From the NCBI GenBank assembly GCA_013265495.1, contig MU058781.1, positions 12,258,799 to 12,278,798 of the forward strand: 20,000 nucleotides of DNA, given 5' to 3'. Positions 10,770 through 20,000 of the stretch are shown here, one piece after another. The position numbers were made by a program, and so were the translations under genes. How positions within the stretch are numbered: position 1 is the stretch's first letter; every line of letters starts with the position of its first letter. This DNA comes from Vicugna vicugna. Taxonomy: Eukaryota. Under the pieces are notes generated by a model. It made no database searches and was not told the DNA's origin. It worked only from the letters and a program-made list of their open reading frames with translations.

Positions 10770-11225
10770 CCAGGAAGAACAGGGATTACTTCTAAATAAG
10801 TCTTGAGTTAAAAAAAATCATAAAGGGTGTTCTAAAATGCTTGGGACTTAGTAACAGTAAAATATTGCATGTCAAACTCATGGAAAGTTAGAGCAAAATG
10901 TACATCCCTAAACATATTTATCAGAAGAGAGAACTCAAAGACTTGAAACATGGACAAAGGGACAAACCCAAAGAATCTAAAAGGAAGGAAATGTTAAGTA
11001 TAAGGATAGAAATTAATTGTATTATGTTTATGTATATAACTATTCATATCTTTTATATGTTTATATGTTTTATATGTTCATAACGTTGAAATACTCATAA
11101 AATTTGAATGCAGATGAAAGACAATATAAAAATATCAAAGTAATTAAGTATCAAAATTGATACAAGAAGAAATATATAATTTAGCAGACCATTAACCTTT
11201 ATACAAATTGAAAAAGTATACAATC
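10770..11225 (+). mobile_element. Degraded L1M ORF2 fragment
   Basis: caaacccaaagaatctaaaaggaaggaaatgttaagtataaggatagaaattaattg; aaattgatacaagaagaaatatataatt. Confidence 0.6.
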
Positions 11226-11738
11226 TGTTGCCCACCCCTTCTTCTGGAATTTTGTTTCCCATGACATGGATATAACTCCAACCTGAAGGCAGTAATTCCT
11301 TACTGTCTTTCCCCTGCCCTGCTCAAGATAAACAATCTAAAAAAAAAGTTATGTAGATATCCAACTGTTGCTGGCCAAGGGTGCGAATGACTCAAGAACA
11401 TTTGTCCTGCCTCACTTCCATCCATGGATCTCTTTCTCTTTGAAATAGAACCAAAATGATGCACCTCTTTCTGATAGTCTCCACCAAGAGATAAACAGGC
11501 AAGTGTATAACAATCAAAATAACAAAGTACGAACAACCAACATACATGGATTCTTTTCATTTAGGGTTTTCCTAATGGAAAACCACAGCAAGACTCATTT
11601 TTTTTCATCTGCTTTCCTGAACACTTCTAAGACTCCATTCATGATTTAATGAAAAAAAAAAATTCTCTCACATGGAATCTATGGTGTCATATTTCAGAAG
11701 GAGAAAGCCTGTGTGATGAGATAGGGAATAATTCCTAC

Positions 11739-11766
11739 CTTTCCTGGGAGGGAGCTGGTTATCCAT
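11739..11766 (-). CDS. SLC17A1: SLC17A1/NPT1-type transporter, first coding part (exon 2): MDNQLPPRK + G (phase 1)
   Basis: Minus strand reads gcaaATG GAT AAC CAG CTC CCT CCC AGG AAA G|GTAGGA. This matches the human NPT1 N-terminus (MQ)MDNRLPPKK. The phase-1 donor at 11738-11737 joins in frame to the exon starting at 3682. Missed by the ORF track because it is too short. Confidence 0.9.
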
Positions 11767-11823
11767 TTGCCTAAGTGTGTTCTGGTTGCTTCTTTTCTTG
11801 CTGAAAGGTTCGTTTTCTACCCA
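11767..11823 (-). other. SLC17A1: 5' UTR portion of SLC17A1 exon 2
   Basis: Branch-point-like gctgac followed by tgtgttttgcacttgtag|TGG, with AG at 11825-11824, gives an 85-bp exon. A weaker alternative AG sits at 11802-11801. Confidence 0.65.
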
Positions 11824-12039
11824 CTACAAGTGCAAAACACACTGATGTCAGCATAACACAGGGAGGAACTGACCAAAATCCACCTAGTATTCCTGTCTGA
11901 TTTAAAACATCCAGCAGAGGGAAACTTGCTTTGTTACACGAGTGCCCATTCAACTCTTAACATGCTCTTGCTTTGACATTTCACTTTTATGATATTTTTG
12001 TTGATTAAAAATATACAGGAAACCTGAAAACAATAGAAA

Positions 12040-12350
12040 GTAAAAAAAAAAATCCTGCCAAATCATAATTTTATATCCAGTGAAGATAGCCCTCAAAAGT
12101 GAAAGAGAAATAAAGACTTTCACAAAACCTGAGGGAATTCATTGCCAGGAAACCTACCCTGCAGGGAGTGTGAAGAGAAGTTTTTCAGACAGGAGATTAC
12201 TAAAGGTCAGAAACTTGGATGTACACAAAAAAAAAAAAAAAAAAAAAAAAATAAAAAAAAGAAAAAAAAAAAAAAGGAAAAACATCAGAAAAGGAATTAA
12301 AGGTAAAATAAATTCTTTTACTTTTCTTATATCTTCAGAGCTAAAAGATC
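12040..12350 (+). mobile_element. L1M ORF1-end fragment with an internal poly-A run (~12227-12275)
   Basis: ttttatatccagtgaagatagccctcaaaagtgaaagagaaataaagactttc...ctgagggaattcattgccag...acctaccctgca. Confidence 0.75.
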
Positions 12351-13334
12351 TACTTTTTAATATCACCCTTACAAGGTGAGGCAAATCATCCTTCACACCC
12401 TCCCTACTCACTACCCTGGACAAAACGACCCCTGCTGCCAGGTCTGTATTTACTGGTGAGAAGCTCAGCAAAGTGGGTGAACGAAACAAAGAGGTTTCAT
12501 TTCAGGCAGCCCTTTTCAGTTGGAGGTCAGCACCAAAATGAGCTGGCTACACATTGGTCTACACCTTGAATTTTGACCATATCAGCTTATATGACACGAG
12601 ATGCTCAAAAGACACTCAAAATTGCTAAAATTGGATTTGCAAAGTATTTTTAAGTGATCAGATTGTCAACCACCATTATTATACACTGGAACATCTTCTG
12701 GGGCTGCAGTTTATTTCAGTACACACACACCACCACATACATCACAAACATATTTATACTCTCCATCACACACACTACACCACTCACAGATGCACAAGCA
12801 ACATACACCACACAATACAAGCTTCTCTTGTCTATCTACATAACTGTCCACCTCACATTCATCCCTAGGAATGTTTTTTCTTTCCCTTGTGAAAATAGAT
12901 ACTTTCCCCCTAAATTTCCCCAGATTGCTAAGTACACTTGGTTGGTAAGATGTCTAACAAAGATGCCTTCTTGATTAATCCTTCTGGGGAACTGTTAATT
13001 AACAATTAGTGTATTAGTAGTGTATACGTATATAATCACTAACCTGATTCAGGACAGAAAAGTGATTCCTTCTTCCCCTGTGAAGACTTTCCTCTCAACT
13101 TTAATACTGTATTTCTGGATTTGCTAATTTCAGCTATTTAAATCCTTCATGATATCCTTTGATCCCCCAGGTCAAAGTTGGAAATTTAATTTTTAACTTC
13201 ACTTCCGTTCTTGTGTTGAATCTTCAGGGGAGGACTATGAGTCTTAAAATCATCCAATGGACTAGAAACTTCCTAGAAATCTGCCGGTATATTTCATGAC
13301 CATAAAAGACAGACCCCCCGGTCTCTTTCCTTAC

Positions 13335-13420
13335 CAGGAGATAGTACCTGCCTGGCCGTAAGTGCTTCCAGGATTTTTCTATTGAGGATGGCTGTGTGTG
13401 CACAGTACTATTCTGACAGG
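13335..13420 (-). other. SLC17A1: Predicted non-coding exon 1 of SLC17A1 (TSS approximate)
   Basis: Strong donor CTG|GTAAGG (GT at 13334-13333) about 110 bp downstream of a TATATAA box and about 1.5 kb upstream of exon 2. Alternative donor CAG|GTACTA at 13347. Confidence 0.6.
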
Positions 13421-13443
13421 CATACTGTGGCTTTCTAAATGTG

Positions 13444-13631
13444 TTATATATGCCCTATTGGCTTTTTCCCCCTTCCTCTCTTCCTTTCTCTGTCCCTCCT
13501 CTCTCTTCTCTCAACCTCACCTCTCCTGTCCTCTTTCCCTCCTCTCGCTACTGTTCCCCTTTCACTTCCCTCCCCACTGCACTGCCCTCTCCACGTCTCT
13601 TCCAAAGGTCACCATCTGTTTAATATTTAAG
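13444..13631 (-). promoter_or_regulatory. Predicted kidney/liver-type proximal promoter: TATA box, DR1/HNF4-like site, HNF1-like site
   Basis: TATATAA at 13450-13444 (minus); CTTCCAAAGGTCA at 13599-13611 (DR1-like); TTTAATATTTAAG at 13619-13631 (HNF1 consensus GTTAATNATTAAC). NPT1 is a known HNF1A target. Confidence 0.6.
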
Positions 13632-14334
13632 CTACTCAGAAAGGGGTACATTTTACTGAGGCATGGTTTGTGAAGAGTATGAATTCCCTCGTAAGTTCTC
13701 ATGGTTCAGCCTCCTATCTATAACAATACCTGGGAACATTTTGCCTTAGAACTCTTTGAAGGCAAACTACTGATCAGATAGAGCTATCTAATCTCAACTC
13801 AACAGATTTGCACTGTAGTTTCTTACATACTTAAGCATTTAAAAAATGTATTATGCTTTTAAAGTGCCTAATAAGTGTTTGGCACATGGAATATGCTGTG
13901 TAAACTGAACCAGTTATATTCTCTCTAAAGAATGTTGAAAACCTTTAACCAGTTTGTCCAAGAGACTTTGATGTCTTGTCTCATTTAGCTGGATTTTTTT
14001 CTTGTTCTGAAGTTCAGGTTCTGATTTTCATCTGTCTATTTCAGGATGTTTGTACTTCTTTTCCTGTTTGGTACTAAGGCTGGCAATTTCTGACATTTTC
14101 TGGGAAAGGAGCTCTTTTATTGATTGAAAGCCCCAGGTCAGCTGTTGTTTAACGTCCATGTTTTAAGTAAACAACGTTCCCATCTGGTGTCAATATCCCC
14201 AGTTCTGGATACTGATTACCCAGGAAGGAACCATCATTCTGTTTGCTGACCCCAAAGCTACACACTGCTCTGTGATTCTCTTTGAAGTTACTTCTGAATT
14301 CTAAATCTAGATTCTGCATTTTCCTTATGAAGTT

Positions 14335-15452
14335 TAAAAATTTAACATTTTACTACAGAAATTTTAAACATCTAAAAAAAAGGTAGACCAGTCTAATATA
14401 ACCATGTACCCATTAATCAGTTTCCACAATCTTCAATATTTGGCCATTTGAGTTTCCATATACCTAACAGTGGTTTTCTGTATTATGTCATGTCATTTCT
14501 CCTATAAAAAGCACAGCATGGCTATATAATTCATTGGGACAAACATAACTAACATGCCATCAGCACATATAATAAATAACTGCTTAATATCATCTAATCA
14601 ATCATTAAATAATTTTCCTAATTGCTTCAGTTATTCATTTTTACATAATTTGTTTAAATGAGGATCCAAAGTCCACATATGGCACTTAATTGTTATTGCT
14701 CTCATGTCTTTAATTTCATAACAATTCTTTCCCCCATTTTCTATTTGCTGCTATTTTAAACAATAACAATAATAATACAACAAGAGTCATTTGCAGAATG
14801 ACTCTAATTGATTTGACTAATTGCTTACTGTGTCATCTGATATATTTCTTTAAACCTTTACATCCTGGTGTATATATACCAGGTATACAGAGAGGCTTGG
14901 TTAGATTCAGGACAAGAATACTTCATAGGGATGCTGGACGCTTCCACCTTGGCAGGTTGTTTCACTTTTAGTGAGGTAAAATTAAACAGTGGGTTCAGAT
15001 ATTCTCAGCTTGACTTATCCGTTAATAAAGTACTTAACAACCTTTCACCTCTGGCTTTTAGCAGTTGTTAATAAATGTTACCTAGACCTGTTATTTCATT
15101 AGGAAGTTACAAAACGGTGATTTTGCAATTGTACCAAGCCTTCTTCATTTATGAACTGGAATTTCCCACAAAATAGGAAATTTATCTAATAAAATATTTA
15201 GTTACCCTGAAATATAGATTTAATAGGAAGCCAGAATAAATACTTTACAAAATTTCAGAATGATAATTTAGTTCCTTAGCAAAATGACCACATAAAATTA
15301 TGGAGTTTATTTGATGTGTTTCAATCTGTCACAGTCCTTATTCTTTTTTGACACCAAAATTGTCTCTTCTTTGGCCAGTAGAAAGCCCTTCAAGCTGGCT
15401 CCTATGACATTATGACATGACCCTGGTGGTCTTGGATAGCTTGTTTTCTAGC

Positions 15453-15486
<34 letters not shown>

Positions 15487-15830
15487 TTTTTAATTTCTTA
15501 TTTTATATTCCCAGACCTGGACTTTTTAAGGAGTGCTGGTTCCTTTAAGAAGGAAATAACATTTAGAGATCACACTGGGAACTGGGGTGCTCATTGTTTC
15601 TAGGCCTTTCAGTGAAAGAACTTGGAAAAAGTAAGAAAAAAATTATAAATTCTGTCTGATATTTCCAACTCAAGTTGAAGGTTAGAGTTATTTTTAAAAG
15701 TTCTTTCATTTTATACTCTTGCATTTTTCCTTTATGTTGAACATCGTGGTGCTTAATGAATGTAATTACTTTTCTTGCTTTATTATCATATACTCATTAA
15801 CATTAAAATGACACTAATATTATTACTAAA
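14335..15830 (-). mobile_element. Old L1MC/ME-type 3' region (antisense), containing (CA)n at ~15452-15486
   Basis: cattttactacagaaattttaaacat...ccatgtacccatt start and gccagtagaaagcccttcaagctggctcctatgac motifs. Confidence 0.65.
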
Positions 15831-15837
15831 ATAAATA

Positions 15838-16096
15838 TGTTGCCTCTTCTAGAAGCAGACCTTGAGATTAAAATTCCAGTCAAAGTGGCGTCCATCAATC
15901 ACTGGTTAAGGGCTGCCTCAGGGAGGTCCTGAGTCCCTAGACACTCCTGTCTTTCAAGTAGTTTTCAGTAGCCCAAGCATAGCCCTAGAACCAAGTGATG
16001 GGTGTGCTGGCTGTTGACAATGAAAGCACAAGGGGAGTCTGCCAGCACCAAAGGACCCCAGGGGATATGGGCAGAGCACTGACAGCTTCTGCGACC
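15838..16096 (-). mobile_element. LTR16-like ERVL LTR (3' LTR)
   Basis: ctagaagcagaccttgaga...ggggatatgggcagagcactgacagcttctgc resembles the reverse complement of LTR16 ends. Confidence 0.7.
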
Positions 16097-17768
16097 CTTT
16101 ATACGGCTCAATTTAATTCTCTCTTCATATTAAGTTCATAGCACTGATTCTTCAGGAAAAAAGGAAGAGATTAGTAAGACATTTACACCCCTGTTGTTGG
16201 AATCAATCCTAAGGACTTAACTGAGATTCATGATCACTCATCCATTACACGTTTCCTTTGTTGGCCAGCACTTCCGCTGCTTTGAGTTGCCTGCACGGAG
16301 GGGTGAACCAATTACTCATCTCTGGAGGTTCAATGCCATTACTTTGTCTGATGCAGATGCTGTGATTACCTTTTCATAGTTAAAATGGGCGTGAGATTTC
16401 CCTGAGCTCTAGGCATACTTGTCCCTGGCCCTATTATGTAGCAGCAACCAAATGTCTCATGAGGTCAGTTACTCCAGCCGGAATGGTCATTCTTTTCTTT
16501 CCCTCTTGGTCTACCAGCAAGAGGATTCCAACATGACAAGTCATCATTCATAGTTTTAGGCATTTTGGAACCTTTACTAAACTTCTTCCTGAAAGCATTT
16601 CTTTGTCTTGGGAACTAGTACTTATATACATACTGAAAATAAAGTTGTTCTATTAAAGATACACCATCTGGCACAACATATGCAATTAAGGCTCCCACTG
16701 CATTAAGTCTATTGTGATCCTTCATTTTCTGTTACAATCTATTTTTGCTGCGGCCACACTGATGAACTGAATGGGAATATGATAGAGACCATCCTAGGAT
16801 ACTATAAGTCTTTTAAAATTCTCTGTCATTCCATGTGCGGCACAGTATTGCTTCTAAATTACTAATCTGCAGGAGTGGACCATCTCAGGTTTCCCATTTA
16901 GGCTTATGGGACATTACAGCATTGTCTCCCCATACTGACAAAGTCTCCCTTATCCAGCCTTACATTCTGCCCCAAAACCCTGGTCCCATGTTCTAGGCAC
17001 ACTCGCCTTGTCCCTGACACTTTATTGGTGACTAATCCCTTACCTCCCTTACTGGGACCAGCACTATACTGGTTAGGACATACTAAGGCCTGACCTAGTT
17101 ATTTGTCTAGTATCAGGTTTATGATTTGTCAGATATTAGAGGAAATGAGAATAGAACTTGACCAAGCAAGTATTTTCTTACAAGGCATCTGTATCACCTG
17201 TGCTTTCTAGACGGTCTTCAGGCAAAGGGAGGCTGCTATCTGCCAGCACCCGGTATGGCCACTCCTGAAGGGTAAGATTCAGGTTTACCCCAAATGTGAC
17301 TATAGCATAAGAGACTTGCCGTGCCTTCAAATCCAGTCTTCTTCGTGCTTCTGCTAGTCTGCCAATCAAATCCTGAGTCTGATCTTCAGAACAGGTCTTC
17401 CCTCTGGCTATTGGAGATCAAGGTATCTTTAAATGCTGCAGGGGAGGTTTTCTGACTTTCGTGTCGTGCTCTGATGTGGTTCTTCCACTTGAGCCCCCCA
17501 GTGGTACTGACCAACAAACAGCCAACTTCAAAGATGTTATAATTGCTATTTCCCCGTATCTCCTCAACACTAGAATATTGACCAAGCCAGTGTATTCCCT
17601 TCCACCTGTGCCCCATTTTCCATCCCAGTGTTCCACAGGAGAGGGTCTCAGCAATCATAATGGCCAGGGTTTATTACCACTGCTATTACTTGTGCCATCT
17701 GGCTTGTGAGTGGTTCAACTTCAGAAGTCATCCTGAGTCTGCAACCTAGGTCCCCCTGTAGAGACAAC
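16097..17768 (-). mobile_element. ERVL (ERV16-like) internal remnant with decayed gag
   Basis: Lies between two LTR16-like copies. Minus-strand translation IGRLAEARRRLDLKARQVSYA resembles ERVL gag VRVAELQRRLNSQPRQVSYAKV. No intact ORF. Confidence 0.65.
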
Positions 17769-18150
17769 TGTCTTAGATCAAATTCTCTAGAAGCAGATCC
17801 TGAAATGAGGATTCCTATGAAAGTGATCTGTTACAATATATTCCCAGGAAAAACTGGCAAAGATCTAGAAGGGACACTGAGTAAGGTCCAGATCAGATCA
17901 ATTCTTAGAGAGTTTGACAGACACTATAGGTTTTGCCTCAGAGATGCCTGAAGTAGGAACAAGAGAGCTGGAGTATTTATATCTCTGAGGCGTAAATTAT
18001 TGGCCTCCTGTTCCCAGGAGGACAGATTCCCAGGCACATTCATGCTGGCGGGCAACAGAGGCTCCTATAACCCTAGAGCAGCTGGTCAATAAGGAAAATA
18101 GATGCCAGGTGTTGGGAATGAACGCTCACCACACTGGTATGCAGTTCTGG
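17769..18150 (-). mobile_element. LTR16-like ERVL LTR (5' LTR)
   Basis: tgtcttagatcaaattctctagaagcagatcctgaaatgaggattc...cccaggaa shares the ctagaagcaga motif with the left LTR. Right boundary approximate. Confidence 0.6.
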
Positions 18151-18673
18151 TAGAGAACTAAGGTATGTACTGCAATTACTGACTAATTGAAGATTTTTTA
18201 TTTTTGATGGGAAAGAATCTCAACATTTTTTTTACCACACATATAGCTAAGGGAGGGATTGTCTTAGAATGAACCTAAGCTGTTTTTATTGAAAATATTC
18301 AGTAAAATCTGTATATGCCTGGTTTATGGAGGAATCCAATGGAGTTAGTTCTCGCCAGGAACCTCTTCGTAAGTGACTAAAGACACCCAAAAAATGAGGA
18401 AAATCTGCAAAAAAAAAAAAATTTACTCAAGGGGATGATGGGAGGTGGGCACACAATTTCAGTATTGCTGACTCAGTAACAATGGCAGAGTAAATGAAGA
18501 AGAGAAGTAATAATTGGGAGAGTGAAAGTATGGTTCAGCCCCTAGGACTTCATGAGGGGAGTAGAGCCTGCGGGTAAAAACTAAGGGAGTAATTTTACCA
18601 AAACTTCTTTAAGATGTAGTGGACAAGGTAGTGCAGGCAGTGAATTGGAAAGGGACATTTGGAAGACACTGAT

Positions 18674-19451
18674 TGTGGGGCTGCTCCCCGCAGGTCTACA
18701 AGCCCTGCACTTGCCATCCTTGAGACCTAAGAAACAGCCTGGAGTCAGCAATAGGGACATTAATGATTTAATGGATGGGGGAACCTTACATGTTTGAAGT
18801 GCGGTCCTGTAATGACACCCCACCATGTATGGCAGAAGGTGGGCAGGACATGGTGGCAGTATTTGCTGTGGGGGAGGGGTGGATGGGGAGGTTACCAGCT
18901 ACAGGAGATGTTTCCCAACATCTCAGCATTCACGGGAGTTCGCTCGCCCTCCTGCTTAACTCACCGTTTGTTGGGCTGCACCGTGCAATTCTTGCAAGCC
19001 TTGTAGTTGCCCAGCCTCAAGACGGAAGTTAAGAGCTGGGAGTCAGCGACAGAGACATCAGTGGCTTATTGGACAGGGGATCTTACACGTCTTAAACAAG
19101 GTCCCGGAGCGACACCCAACCATGTGCGGCAGACGGCGGGCAAGACACGGCAGCGGTCTTTGCTACCGGAGGAGGAGGAGCCTACAATTTAAAAGGAGAA
19201 CTGACGTCACGTTGGCTTATCAACTACCATGGAAACCAGGAGCTGGGGCACGCCCTTCTCAGCCTATCAGGTTAACAACATCACAAGGACAGCTGTTTCC
19301 TTTTAATAAACTAGCAGGTGGAGCCATTTTGGCCTAAGGGGCAGGTGGAAAGCACGTTCATGTGAGGAGGGTGTAGGTGGAGCAGGCGCTGGTTGAGCAG
19401 GGGATATTCAGGGAGCTAGAGAACAGCCATCTTGGGTGGCCTGACCGCGCA
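18674..19451 (-). mobile_element. Internally deleted ERV1-type provirus: 5' LTR 19451-18969, PBS-like 18966-18949, short leader, partial 3' LTR ~18890-18674
   Basis: Two diverged direct copies: 18674-~18890 vs 18969-~19180 (e.g. ggagtcagcaatagggacat / ggagtcagcgacagagacat). TG...CA termini. Flanking 5-mers CTGAT (18669-18673) and CTGGT (19452-19456) form a TSD with one mismatch. PBS-like CGGTGAGTTAAGCAGGAG matches the tRNA-Arg(ACG) PBS TGGCGAGCCAGCCAGGAG at 12/18. Confidence 0.75.
19202..19209. promoter_or_regulatory. Perfect palindromic CRE (TGACGTCA) in the U3 of the 5' LTR
   Basis: Directly visible; just upstream (minus strand) of TATA-like TTTTAAA at 19194-19188. Confidence 0.6.
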
Positions 19452-19683
19452 CTGGTGCTTCAATTCAGTTCACCAGATTATTCATTAGATGCTTACTTTG
19501 AAGACTCAGAGAAGCATGGCGCAGCCTTGGGATGTCAGGGCCTTCGGCATGTCAGTCATATCCGTTTAGTACTCTCAGTGACAAGATTAAGAACCTGTCG
19601 TTTGCATGGGCTATTTCCAAACTTCTGGTGGAGGGAGACGGGGCACTAGAAATGTATTCATATAGTCTTATGTGTTTGAAAAC

Positions 19684-20000
19684 TTTATTTATTTTTTTAA
19701 AATTTTTTATTGATTTATAATCATTTTACAATATTGTGTCAAATTCCAGTGTAGAGCACAATTTTTCAGTTATACATGAACATATATATATTCATTGTCA
19801 CATTTTTTTCTCTGTGAGCTACCATAAGATCTTATATATATTTCCCTTGCTATACAGTATAATCTTATTTATCTATTCTACATTTTGAAATCCCAGTCTC
19901 TCCCTTCCCACCCCCTGCCCCCTTGGCAACCACAAGTTTGTATTCTATGTCTATGAGTCTGTTTCTGTTTTGTACTTATGGTTTTGTTTTGTTTTGTTTT
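19684..20000 (-). mobile_element. Young lineage-specific (camelid-type) L1 3' end, antisense, runs off the window
   Basis: Poly-T tail, then ttttattgatttataatcattttacaatattgtgtcaaattccagtgtagagcacaatttttcagttatacatg...ccccttggcaaccacaagtttg. Confidence 0.85.

Noticed and set aside
12080..12489. Lys-rich and Phe-rich ORFs
   Set aside because: L1 ORF1 relic plus a poly-A run.
13398..13673. Leu/Ser/Pro-rich + strand ORFs
   Set aside because: Low-complexity CT tract of the promoter.
18581..19720. GC-rich ORFs, first considered as SLC17A3 last exons or a processed pseudogene
   Set aside because: No SLC17 C-terminal motif (e.g. QEWAKE) was seen, and the LTR-PBS-LTR structure explains the region.

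Overview
Mammalian genomic DNA, probably camelid (the L1 3' end at ~19684-20000 resembles camelid-type L1s; recalled, not searched). The window holds the 5' half of an SLC17A1 (NPT1)-type organic anion/urate/phosphate transporter gene on the minus strand. This comprises a predicted TATA/HNF1/HNF4 promoter (~13440-13631), a non-coding exon 1 (to 13335), exon 2 with the start codon (11823-11739) and four further coding exons (3682-3510, 1693-1460, 1363-1276, 925-839). They splice in frame with GT-AG boundaries into 203 codons; the gene continues off the left edge. The rest is repeats: L1 fragments, MLT1, an LTR16/ERVL-type two-LTR remnant, MIR, microsatellites and an 82-N gap. Two things stand out. 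(1) An internally deleted ERV at 18674-19451, in the same orientation as the gene. Its 5' LTR has kept its CpGs, carries a perfect CRE, has a non-canonical poly(A) hexamer and has a PBS turned into a consensus splice donor, making it a candidate exapted alternative promoter/first exon. (2) A near-identical duplication beside the gap, joined to a 146-bp copy of sequence 1951 bp downstream through a snap-back-style junction.
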